From the NCBI GenBank assembly GCA_020722765.1, contig DYKD01000004.1, forward strand, positions 10,250 through 74,249: DNA of 64,000 bases. The letters are read 5' to 3'. The number at the start of each line of letters is the position of its first letter. The stretch's first letter is position 1. Positions 12,201-18,374 of this stretch are shown in pieces. This stretch comes from Brevinema andersonii (lineage in GTDB: Bacteria; Spirochaetota; DYKD01). The position numbers and the translations under genes are program-made. The notes under the pieces were generated by a model. The model saw nothing but the letters and a program-made list of their open reading frames with translations, did not search any database and was not told the origin of the DNA.

Positions 12201-14745
12201 TAAACGGACGTAACCTAAACACAGCAGCAAATTGAGCGGCTTCACGGTTTACTTTCGTAAAACCTTCTCCCATTGCGCTAGTGACCGCGGCAAGCTTATC
12301 TAAATGAGATTCTAGCGCTGGCGCATTCTTAATGGGTTCCGCACCAAAGGCACTTAAATATTCAGGCGTTTTGCCAACCAAAGATTCGAAGCGGGTGAAA
12401 AACGCACCTTGTTTGAATGCGTCGAAGAACTGATTTACACGCTCGGTTGCAAACTTAAAAGTGTCCACTACAGGTTGTACGAATTTTGCAGACTCTCCAA
12501 ACCGTTTCATATCAAGGTGTGCCTGAGCGACAGCGTTTGCTAATTCCCTTTTAACATAACCGGTAGCATTGTCGATTTGAGTTTGTAAGTCTTTGGTGAA
12601 TTCATAGAACTCAGGACCAGCAGTGATCTTCTCGCCTCTCTTTATAGTGCTTACTTGAGCTAGGATTTCTTGCGCAGAAGGAACTTGTCCGGGTTGAGCT
12701 GCTCCCCTCCACAAGTGTATGAATTTTTCAATTCTATCGTGGAGTACATCTATACCCTCACCAATTGTGCTCCACCCTTGATAAGTCCTTTTTTGAGCTG
12801 CTCCGACCACATCAAGCGCCGAAGCTGTCTCCATAAGAGTATGGAGAAACTGTTCGGAGGGTACTCTTCTACCAGCAAATATAGCATCAAATATCTCGGT
12901 GCCGAACTCAGTCTCTAAGTAATCACGGAATTGTGCGCCCTCAGCCCCAAAAACTTGCTCAAACGAAGTGAAGGTTTTCTTAATGCGATCCGAGAAGGCA
13001 GCAGTTGGTGGTTCTTCGATAGGAGGCAAAATTGTAATGCCCTCTTTTTTAGCCTCTTTGAGTTGTAGGGCTTTTTGCCGTGCCTCACTTAACTGGGCGA
13101 CAGTCTGGCCTAATTTACCTACTAATGCGACCTGTCTCGCGTATGGTTTTTCTAAACTGGAAATGGCTTGCTCTTCTTTTGAAGCTAACGTGGTGATTTC
13201 AGCGACCATCCCATGTAATTCATCAACGCCTTTGCGCAGCTGACTTATGTACGTGGTAAGCTCTTGTACCCTTAAGGGACGCAAATCAATAGCCCCAGCT
13301 TTAGCAGGAACTTCAGCAATTTCTCGCTTAAGTCGTTGCAGTTCAGTTGTTGCAAAGTGCAACGGCGCTCTAATTTTCTCCTCTTCAGCTGGAATTAAAG
13401 TTTTGGTGATTCGTTCACGGGCTTTCGTCAGCCTACTTAGGGCTTCGGAATGGCGGATGAACTCTTGAGATAAAGTAAACATCGCTTCCTTTTCTCGTTC
13501 AAGGGCCCGTTGTTTCGCCCGTAACGACCGGGTGATAGCTCCAATGGGTTTACTTTCTAACTGTGAAACCTCAAGTGTCGCTGCAGGTTCAGCTGGAATA
13601 CTTTCGGTAATTGATGCAAATTTAGTTTTAAGCTCTTTAACCTTAGCTGCAACGTTGCTCAACCGTTTTACTGTAGCATCAATTTCACTTTGAAACGCGG
13701 GACTACCAATAGCTGCTTTTTGTAGCAAACTCAAAGTTTGAGGGCTTTCAAAGACGGGCAAAATTCCTTTTTCAAGGACAGACCGAAGTTCGTTTCTCAA
13801 CGTTTCAAGGTCTTTCTTGCGTTGCACTAATTCCCTAGCAGCTTGCTGATAACCTTTACTACCTTTTGTGGTCTCAATGAAAACCTGGAGTCCTTTCTCG
13901 CTGATTTGAGGAATGCGTTCTGCGATTTGGGCTTCAAATCGCTCAACGTCACGCAAGAACACGTCTTGCATCTTATTAAGCTGTTCCTGCCATTTGGGCA
14001 ACCACGCGACTATATCTCTTTCAGAAGTAAACCGCGGTAATAACGGTTGCGTTCCTCCAGACAAGACACGGACGTGTTTGAAAAGCTTTTCTTCCAAAAC
14101 CTTATACAAATTAGAGGATTGAATTTTCGCTTCTAATTGTTGTGTCTGTGCTACAAACGTGTCCAGCTGGTGATATAGGCGGCCCATATCCCGTAGAGTA
14201 GTTTCTAAAGCCTCTCGTTCTTGCTTTAGTGAAGCGAGCTGTTCAAGTTGTTTAGCACCTCTTCGTGTAGTAGCGGGTCCTACTGTGGCAGCTGCACTTA
14301 GTGTTTTCTCGTACCTAGCTTGCTCCTTCTCAATCTGGCTTGCAAGTTCAGATACCTTACGCGCGACATTTTTGTAGGACTTCTCAATCGCAGCGGTTAC
14401 TTGCGTAGACACTGTTTGAGAAGTGCGAAGCATGCTAAGCATGCCTTTTTCGACTTCTTTAATGTGGTTAAGGGTATAAGTGAGTGACTGAGTGATCCCC
14501 GTTTGAGGGATTTGTACCTTTGTGGAGAAGTTAACGAGACTTTGCAGCCTTTTTTCAACTTCGCCGATAACTGAAATGCTTTTTTCGAAGGTGGCAGGTG
14601 TGAGAGCAGTCCCCAGATGCCCAGATAAAGATTTACTGATTTTTTGGAAAGTTGTGTTAAGACGAGACTCCGTATCAGCGGCCCGTTTTAACAGGTCGTT
14701 GAATGGAGTAAAATCGATATCTAACTTAAATCGCAGGTCTGCCAT
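250..14745 (-). CDS. Giant tape measure protein (4831 aa) with TP901-type core, lytic transglycosylase and zincin-like domains
   Basis: Follows tail tube and chaperones; helical Ala/Glu/Lys-rich; core AESLYQLGSAG...NMVKGSRAGRG; SLT motifs ESGFNP..GPFQFMPSTA..AAYNAG (~4350-4740); HETIH at 982-996; GTDSVPVWLTPGEYV and GDIVPAMLEPGEFVV motifs. Confidence 0.92.
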   Translation of the reverse strand: MADLRFKLDIDFTPFNDLLKRAADTESRLNTTFQKISKSLSGHLGTALTPATFEKSISVIGEVEKRLQSLVNFSTKVQIPQTGITQSLTYTLNHIKEVEKGMLSMLRTSQTVSTQVTAAIEKSYKNVARKVSELASQIEKEQARYEKTLSAAATVGPATTRRGAKQLEQLASLKQEREALETTLRDMGRLYHQLDTFVAQTQQLEAKIQSSNLYKVLEEKLFKHVRVLSGGTQPLLPRFTSERDIVAWLPKWQEQLNKMQDVFLRDVERFEAQIAERIPQISEKGLQVFIETTKGSKGYQQAARELVQRKKDLETLRNELRSVLEKGILPVFESPQTLSLLQKAAIGSPAFQSEIDATVKRLSNVAAKVKELKTKFASITESIPAEPAATLEVSQLESKPIGAITRSLRAKQRALEREKEAMFTLSQEFIRHSEALSRLTKARERITKTLIPAEEEKIRAPLHFATTELQRLKREIAEVPAKAGAIDLRPLRVQELTTYISQLRKGVDELHGMVAEITTLASKEEQAISSLEKPYARQVALVGKLGQTVAQLSEARQKALQLKEAKKEGITILPPIEEPPTAAFSDRIKKTFTSFEQVFGAEGAQFRDYLETEFGTEIFDAIFAGRRVPSEQFLHTLMETASALDVVGAAQKRTYQGWSTIGEGIDVLHDRIEKFIHLWRGAAQPGQVPSAQEILAQVSTIKRGEKITAGPEFYEFTKDLQTQIDNATGYVKRELANAVAQAHLDMKRFGESAKFVQPVVDTFKFATERVNQFFDAFKQGAFFTRFESLVGKTPEYLSAFGAEPIKNAPALESHLDKLAAVTSAMGEGFTKVNREAAQFAAVFRLRPFMQQLEDVLKKEITVSSLSETQSALEQIDQQLLKMTAYGKKEDVAGLEKLRNEFRKVKSEFEKGLRLDFRVDTTQLKQAFTVLKKFGVGVEEAQAEARKIRRRLTPKSTPEKIEKVEAQLLAIGERPGVTATTPAPIIEEYKTAVRAAFTREFNVERATEALAKLHTSLMPMWKFFNVAQALSELASRMTQYSRAAGDAGRNVQFMLNKSHELVRLAAEGVEFGLPATESIRFEKHRAEYDKYVARIYGAHIPAIESLKKAYQDWGDYMTSLIGKSVQPPTGTLPDLIRRLFTPPSAEDVAMSFDAWMTTMSRKIGRRAFIPEGPEFAREYTEILLPPKPEKQLTVAEMFGTGRFELIERAANYTKNFAAAMNFALKSLKDAPEATHRFFQPALGSVQKLAELMEKLRVAIVAAGDAAHPKTAGINLALQQAKLNAEVTAQSFEIFRKSVKSGMAETDVGQAELAARLDLLMDSAKKTLRGHFREFGRTIRTALLSEDPQVVYSAFKEMMKLPVDISKEGFLSKGVGQILFGSEVGGTQSWIAKLSGSKIQQIQQASIQYLKEVEQSGFGEKYVSFVRAATNRLNEKLSQVLEARVREARGIVAQGEFSSLAWGKPLAAPSYLAQPEGEILSAGGMKGAFRSMLEVRDIETGMGEFFQRWSKRVESWSASKIQSVLDLVKRKIRTHSETIARSAVPAAGGVIDLQASIAEITPAIAALDKLSRYEEILERAYSRRVEAESRQRLKVAAAPGRAKEPAKVVPGKEEALVSAEEEVAGIESTIATTKPAVAKTFDELTAVKLQKLLEQKEKVVEGVRGVATALSSGESEIGQKAGAITSKLMGSVGGGEFGEGPQRATRTIVDAFVELNNNLQVFGHSAKRAGEPLAIYPQFLAAAKQNIDQILNSLKHVGYTTEDLDQKVAKFNEEAIKTGGQPVRSFAELWSEIQGMMLNIEATFAEIKSGALSAEELATAQSGLVNIFGALRGVVSDYHRTINAVATDELLLADIHSRELAALEQLGAKWREADLAMRKGLGPAISGGRETVRETLASAREIAIQSLVGAAWRTTGAAEGGMFARVKQPIATAQDILVKLFGGDITQGLALLREQLAVFRSRINEQEIPALIETFSRINELFNLGIRAPKTGASLEEQYTFLKGVFEKLDSETRKVALLDWDVKWVQQSQRARDSIHGISDELSRLIEKATSPEMLGRRGIFAERTARVAFYEEMRNALERARKIYAATTRDAEANAAEVRKLSGLMRESETVTSNVLSLWERMTNAVRTAKDNFADLFLYQVRWYTSMMLFWGIFNKVTETFNNLVEAQHQIERAVRTMREQSGEIVTNYERLEGLARHAIFEGMVRFGVDAKFAAESLYQLGSAGLSAQEALAALQPVMALIRATEGDVGETTKIVAGLYNVLKDSIEPNIEMATKFRIISDVMSQVFKDHQVEINELNQSYRYSIAAADSLGLNFYELSALIGIMNDNMVKGSRAGRGFAKVLQHMAKQPLEVAQSFVLLAEHMGIPLKVYEKLAGPEVRKMTAMDMLREMSKIVKASGKSFEELGRIFEDFGMVGGRALAPLLLNMDKIDSEITRLRMASVGAGEEQASRMTQTVASNIRRIASFIQSALFPVFTVVHTVMVSTVRLVRTMADMMDGVIEKFSKIAEKGTTIITGVLRGAPLTEIRGEVREREVFPGFVQTFINASLHAFTLLGILKLVSGQLGSWDIFSKVVTKVTAQLGSIGSLLSGIAGAFGKIGKLLAVFSVGGLVAGLKALFAAVIGGFASLGQALYAFWLTPAGKFMIIASVIVGAFVAIKNAWGETLDSIVEKSESATAKFTEQLGKIEQRAVSAYHATAEIVAAQEAVEAAIAKGAPREVATEEQREAMVKWLATMGVADKAVENHAVTVGTLREKYATFLTLSRNMVSMYAGIGKAAAHNKELEELYGNALVAARTRTMSSMENLTKAYQKAYWMVKGKSIWDLFDLGDTRAVQFGPDWGRKLFEQIDPRTLSAEGKRKYLEATKLITEAIKDVGAAQANEVNVYFGRLSSLIANPMRAQVEAWQKQDWGDVKIFKALQDKLREELAAPNLYGMKWGEIGAKIFDSKEFLIQLQGNRDLLLQLVPAEVADWFRTLNLADNEQVKRAREGLAKGLFEMRIPGMAESVLASMGIKVDKTLTDKKVREIADAAMEALKTETEYRKSYIENLAKETELSYKIAPPTAEQFRLDTQRQYLLKREQLRQEEINLQREYYHQLSKLTTMHADDATRKLKEEQARNELRVKLIKNHYEQLNLAIQQGEEQAKLFRMSHTADLLDIESQRLSAQTKTTEASSVIEEERAKLARGELADVDRVRAAYERKKAAVREEIKLAEERAKLEQEEIRIKWQVLEQEIQEGIRPTAELRNREAELRKRSAELANEVASKKNQLMQIDREMENAITEFMGKNLEIRTHLLRQGAADAVQSQGDFFNRYQSMLHTMSSVTRTQLKAMIDETVRQASTYGETFTALMLAMEQVESGFNPRRVGTSGERGPFQFMPSTAAMYGVKAEQLEGFENRALATKIAIRHTLDLMRALGIDLSQLEGINEETWQKLMKVVAAYNAGLDRVKLGKIPASTLKHLEKVKKAFLQFRTGVKIPRDLRIRIPAEHEVVPSIVWEGFDAWYAKIVEMIGRGRPGAEYVKKAITDFYGLIRDNRLQPAEIKQFEDSISRLFDVWLRVKLPRADFFKMLTEPLKALLETGAIIDKQVVDLYVSILLKQKVSYAKIRKEMLEIGKTMFEDERNWTVQNFEDMLKMLDYLATKPGVSMTKFYNYLFSDVLSPTRLKTQIETNFELFELFYEKLMALGTKWLQGGIPYKIAKTFEQAIKEALTSGFELRPEQFDSLIRMMAKIPGLTMKEAFDNIAKFYEMQAQRHETTKRQLSELQEHMAMFGATAADIWKAIGSIADIEITKIYANWSRAAAGMIKDQETIKTLGDAFWWGMVKGLSDFASKLEDPIHRLGEMLTGTLESMRGTLEDVFTDFALHRLKDPQEYINKLAEGLARMAARNLSELAMEQVTGGIASLLGIPPEMISKEYAEKQAKLEDKQYKLESLAYQRATAENTAGILSAMGGGPAIPGVSGLEGGLGVEGEGGIAGVAESLEELETGGGGVRSPSIGRSTFGGMPSRTFGGAPGGIPSETPGGLFGGLFSGGFFSGIFNFIKGIISFIPSLLGLFGGMSRPTYGGASLGFSPFGFSPMGMQTGGFVKGSGGTDSVPVWLTPGEYVLSLPVVKKLQEGGLALGDLFEGTLELPIEDLFGGFFEEFSEGLEEQLEPLYELFKPHAGIGQGYYGPGFQQYASWSDWFNQTVAAEAQRKHQEWLQKELANAQEVAQGYAQRAALAGQFWKGLFSFPFQVFFQKGGLIGEALTSRGFPAWPGQVTTAEPIVKKTKTTWPWWMLALTYMSMFSSLLSMFKQMQRPKPTMATGKVGPAASTLYPNIDLLQRNGSFWDEIFTEPFDAETILGKGTLGLPEMGLSELGLPKLELGLPKESFSLWDKIKGFFGFGPLAGGAGSYGGMGMASGAGAAMGAGGGGGFFSSIGNFFSSIFSGIGSFFSGIFSFFRGMQHGGLVENILDWFGPTEAWAIEPLNILPELEKTWNLELAEASPEVRSYIEEAKTGIRRAAEFFQENNPAATTYIAEALGRTDRFKDPREYLKSSISPGSYYIPESDQIVMQLQGSKFPAREFIAEREPAGIQSQFANVLIHETIHSLQESGRPLAGFLPVIDSAKVKAYLEKTFPQSPAEYIEYLASPEEVMARGVAHYLTKRIYPEFKDIFAGGTWPEEYDALMRELADAVATGKYPAAPKLGPIQWLIWQWKKPFQIGGPVPGTGRGDIVPAMLEPGEFVVNRPTVSFFGPDFFYALQDLVKFQGAAPEKVLSGVAPVKMQMKTGGTVPKVTIPTPAVSPELKMTVVNVLDEESIEQFLGSKKYGDVFVNKLGARFNRRVLGSRGV

Positions 14746-15434
14746 TATGTTATTTCAATGGGTAGCCCGTCTAATTGCAAGCCACGTAAAGCTGCCTCAT
14801 CATCTAATTTGGTAAAATTAGAACTATCTGGAGCGCTTTCATCTCCTTCAAGCTTGGCCCCATGTATTGAAGCTTGGAATTTCATCCTGTCTGACAAGTA
14901 CGTTGAAATTGCTGCACCTAAAGCACTCACTTGCACTTTAGGCAAATCTAAAATTTGGTCGGGAAACCAACCACATTCAACTGCGAACATCGCGATTGCG
15001 TGGCTAAACAGATCTTTGTGCATATCTTCAATAGTAGTCATGTATTCATTAGCGGTCTTAATTTCATCAGGCGTAGGTGCAATGTAATTCCAAACATCAA
15101 GAAAGGTAGATTCTATGGACTCGGAATCAAGCCTTTCTTCAACGTCTGATTTGGATATGCCTAGAGCTAGAGCAACGAAGTCTAACACGACTTCGTCATC
15201 GGAGAAGACCTCGTTGAGGTCAGGACTTTTTGAGAATGCAGTCTCGAGCAAATCCCACAGTTGTAGCTCGAGACGCCAAGAGGGGGGAACCTGATAGTAA
15301 ATGAGGTTGCCGTTTACGTCTTCGACCGAATGGCGCTCAACGAGGAATGACTTCCAACTAATGTGTTTGTTCGCCGGCTGGTTTGATGTCGGTCGAGTCA
15401 AGCGCCGTTTGGGGTCCAGGTTGTGTTGTACCAA
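14745..15434 (-). CDS. Tail assembly chaperone, downstream part (gpT-like)
   Basis: Directly upstream of TMP; C-terminal ECGWFPDQILDLP resembles gpT-like motifs; TTG start with GGAGG 8 nt upstream; overlaps the upstream chaperone. Confidence 0.7.
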   Translation of the reverse strand: MVQHNLDPKRRLTRPTSNQPANKHISWKSFLVERHSVEDVNGNLIYYQVPPSWRLELQLWDLLETAFSKSPDLNEVFSDDEVVLDFVALALGISKSDVEERLDSESIESTFLDVWNYIAPTPDEIKTANEYMTTIEDMHKDLFSHAIAMFAVECGWFPDQILDLPKVQVSALGAAISTYLSDRMKFQASIHGAKLEGDESAPDSSNFTKLDDEAALRGLQLDGLPIEIT

Positions 15435-15816
15435 TCATGCCACCTCCAGGAAACGGGAAGGGTAAACCACCCAGACGCAGATTCCATTTTTCCGAATATT
15501 TCTGGACAAATGGTATGATGAACTCAAAAATCGCGTCACCATCAAACTTGCTATCAACATCTTCCTCGGAAATTCCAAGAATCTTGCTGACAACAAGGGT
15601 TATTTTTTCGGGCGCTTGGGTTGTAAGGTACTCCATAAGAGCAATCCCTGGGGCTCGGTCGGTGTGCCCAAAAAGATCTTCAGGAATACTCGCAAGAGCT
15701 GTCCCGATAATCTTCAGGATTTCCCTCTCCTTACCCCAGGGAAGCTTTAGTCTGACTTCGACCGCCTGTCCGTCGATGTCATGAATGGTAATTTTGTCTT
15801 GTGCTTGAGTTGTCAT
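15358..15816 (-). CDS. Tail assembly chaperone (gpG-like)
   Basis: Between tail tube and TMP; start moved to MTTQAQ at 15816 because GGAGG precedes it. Confidence 0.7.
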   Translation of the reverse strand: MTTQAQDKITIHDIDGQAVEVRLKLPWGKEREILKIIGTALASIPEDLFGHTDRAPGIALMEYLTTQAPEKITLVVSKILGISEEDVDSKFDGDAIFEFIIPFVQKYSEKWNLRLGGLPFPFPGGGMIGTTQPGPQTALDSTDIKPAGEQTH

Positions 15817-15848
15817 AGGCCTCCAAGACCTCCTCATTTTAATTTACT

Positions 15849-18287
15849 TTAGCTGGCCGTTTTTTCAACAACCACTTTGAATAGTTGTTTACCAACTTCC
15901 AGTGTGTTGCCACCCCAGTCTTTGCAAGTGCGAGTAGAGTTATCCCACGGAACCATAGCGTTAAAGGTGTAAGGCAGTTTGTGGTGAGTGTCACCGAAGT
16001 TAAACTCAACCGCGCCATCACCTTGCGCTTGCCAGATGTACACATTAATGGTCCAACCATACGGGGTTTGGTGCACGAGCTTCAGCGCAACGTTGCTGAA
16101 CGAGATCTGTCCGCCGAAATCGAGGATTTCGGTGTTGGACGCCGAAGAAGTAATGCCCGCACCCAATGCGTACATCAGGTTGTTGACGTTCCATTCGCAT
16201 TCTGGACTGTTGCATCACCCTTTTATAGGGCGTTCCCACACTCAGTCTCTGCAAGTGAGCCGAAAGTCTCACGAAATCTCGAAAAGATCTTGCCTTTAAT
16301 GTCCTGACGCCGCCTCCCCAAAGGCAACGCAAGAATTAAGTCTGCTTGAGATCTTTGCTGGCCCTCTAAATGGTCGTAAACTGCTTCTAGGATTCTTTTC
16401 ACTTTACGTCCTTTAACATAACGCGCTGGCTGATCCAAGATCCCAAAAACATCTGAAGCCGATTCAAGGCGGAGAACTGGGGTGATATGTGGATTACCTG
16501 CTCCATTAGTCAACCTCCAAATAGAAAGTTTCCCATTCCGCACGACTTCATATAAAGCTTGAGGGTCGATTTTCGTGATACTTGAAACAATCTTCGACTC
16601 TTCTTGAGCGTTGGCATCCAGATGAAAATCATACTTCCACTTATAAGCAAAGCACTTAAAAACGGGTTGTCCCATCCATTCAAGAAAATCACGAATGTAT
16701 TCGTTTGCAATATCAGTTTGAAACATGGAGCCCTTCCACAGCTGCTTTCTTGCTTGAATTCCATGGTTTTTTAATTGCAGAACGATGCGGTCAACATCGT
16801 CTTCACTAAACCCGTGGGTACAAATAGCGCAAGCATTTTTTGAAATCCACCCATCACCACAATATGCCACGTTAGCAACTAAAGGGGTAAGGTTGAAATC
16901 TTTCGGTAAACACTTGTGGCTATTTTCATCGTACCAACGTTTACGAAACTCAGCAAGAACCGACTTGTTGTATGCTTCCAATTGGTAAACTGTTTTGCCT
17001 ACAGAAAACCCGTCTTTCTGAGGAGCGATGCAAGCGTAAGTTTTCCATCCTAAGTCAGTGAAAAACTCACGCACTTCCTCAAAATACTGCTTATGAGTAG
17101 TTGCAAAACGTACTTGAGGAGAAGGCATCTTTGTGACATGAATGTCGCTAAAAATTAGTCCTTCTAAGATCTCAAAAGCACGTTGTTCCATTTTCATCCT
17201 TTTGCGTTCGCCATTAATTAGTGGAAATTAACTTTTCTAACGCTTTCCAGCGTAGCGGGACCGAATGTTCAATCCCGGAGATTTTCAGGGTCGCTGTTTC
17301 CTGTGTCGCAAATTGCGCAATTAAGGTTTTAGGTGATGTAAATTGTTGAAATCATTAACAATTTACTTTGTTACCGTAGGTCTTTTAATCCCCTACTTCT
17401 GCACATTTCTGTGCAGCCCAGACTATATCTTCCCTTTCGGGGGCGGTGCTCGTGTCCGGCTTATTGGTTTCCTGGTCCTCACCGGTTAGTCGTTGAACCT
17501 TCTCTTCTACAGTGTTCAGGATTCGAAGAGCTCGGCTGCTGATTGCCCTCGGCTTCACGTTAGGGTGTTCCAGCAATTCTCCGCCTTTTTTTGACCGAGG
17601 CTGAAATTTGTACTCCACACCTTTGAAAAAGGACTTTCCCAAATAAGGAAGTAAACCCTCTAAAACTTGATACATTTTTTCGTTCATTTTCAACCTCGGG
17701 GGATTCCCAAAATAATTAAAATCCCTGAAATCAAGTGTGTTACCCTAGGAGCTCTTTATCTCCTAGTTCTGTACATTACTGTACAGTTCAGACTATGTCT
17801 TTCCCGTCTCCTCGGGAGGCGGCACTCGTGGGAGTAATTACTGCCATATCTTTCGACTTAGGCTCGACTCCTAGTCGTTGAACCTTCCAGAGAGTTTCCC
17901 CTCTAGCTTGGCTGCACGTTGTCCTTTGGCCGGGATTCATTATCAATTCCAAAGGATGTTCATGCAATTCACCGCCTTCATTCTTCATCACTGCATTAAC
18001 TGGAGAACAGTGATGCGATGCCACGTGTTCCTTGAAACCCCACTTATACGCCATTACTGTTCCTTTCAGTCATTTTGTTTTTGTTGTTGTTTGTTGGCGT
18101 TTAAAAAGTGTAATGATTTCAAGAAGTTATTTTTAACATCCTCCTTAGTTCGAGTGGATGATAGGACTGCTCCGGACTCTACTGCCCCTACGTCGACGGT
18201 GGGCGTTGTGCCAGAAGGTCCGATGTAAAGAACACACGGACCAATCGACATACGGTTTGTGTCGAATTGTGGCAGATTGTAGGGCAT
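15849..18287 (-). CDS. Major tail (tube) protein, spliced; exons 18136-18287, ~17719-17731, ~17272-17333, 15849-16197 (about 191 aa)
   Basis: Joining gives one open frame of 576 nt: ...TRTKEDV/FQG(F or S)/PKTLIAQFATQETATLKISGI/EWNVNNLMYALGAG...; lies between tail terminator and chaperones. Confidence 0.85.
16198..17271 (-). mobile_element. Group I intron 3 of tail tube gene, carries LAGLIDADG ORF
   Basis: P1 CGGGAU/GUCCCG with U.G at the 5' splice site; P10 CAUUCG/CGAAUG; P3 UUUCCAC/GUGGGAA; P7 GACUG/CAGUC; terminal G at 16198. Confidence 0.88.
16223..17197 (-). CDS. Intron-encoded LAGLIDADG homing endonuclease or maturase
   Basis: Motifs ILEGLIFSD and VANVAYCGDG, plus LTP and ICTHGFS typical of the LAGLIDADG_2 type; first motif lacks the DG glycine. 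Confidence 0.8.
   Translation of the reverse strand: MKMEQRAFEILEGLIFSDIHVTKMPSPQVRFATTHKQYFEEVREFFTDLGWKTYACIAPQKDGFSVGKTVYQLEAYNKSVLAEFRKRWYDENSHKCLPKDFNLTPLVANVAYCGDGWISKNACAICTHGFSEDDVDRIVLQLKNHGIQARKQLWKGSMFQTDIANEYIRDFLEWMGQPVFKCFAYKWKYDFHLDANAQEESKIVSSITKIDPQALYEVVRNGKLSIWRLTNGAGNPHITPVLRLESASDVFGILDQPARYVKGRKVKRILEAVYDHLEGQQRSQADLILALPLGRRRQDIKGKIFSRFRETFGSLAETECGNAL
17334..17718 (-). mobile_element. Group I intron 2 of tail tube gene (boundaries +/- 3 nt)
   Basis: P1 GGGAUUU/GAAUCCC; P2 CCGAGGUUGAAA/UUUCAGCCUCGG; P AAUUGCUGGAA; Q AAUCAGCAGCC; R GUUCAACGACUA; S AAGAUAUAGUCUG; P9 CUGCACA-GAAA-UGUGCAG. Confidence 0.85.
17732..18135 (-). mobile_element. Group I intron 1 of tail tube gene
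   Basis: P3 AGGCGG/CCGCCU; P AAUUGCAUGAA; Q CGUGCAGCC; R GUUCAACGACUA; S AAGACAUAGUCUG; P9 CUGUACA-GUAA-UGUACAG; 5' exon ends GAUGU, which can pair with GCAUC at 18017-18021; terminal G at 17732. Confidence 0.85.
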
Positions 18288-18374
18288 ATTCCTTTCCTCC
18301 CCTAACTTAATAAGCTTGCGAGGCTCGCCATTTAAATTGTCAGTGTTTTGGAGGAACGGTGCCCGATCTTATTG

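Noticed and set aside
15405-15415. CCCAAAC as a -1 slippery heptamer for the tail chaperones
   Set aside because: Wrong register, and the downstream ORF is in the +1 frame
15839-16332. ORFs 15839-16060 and 16045-16332
   Set aside because: Alternative frames over tail tube exon 4 and the end of intron 3
17385-18054. ORFs 17385-17693 and 17788-18054 as proteins
   Set aside because: They read through group I core elements; only the first ~15 codons of 17385-17693 look like an endonuclease remnant
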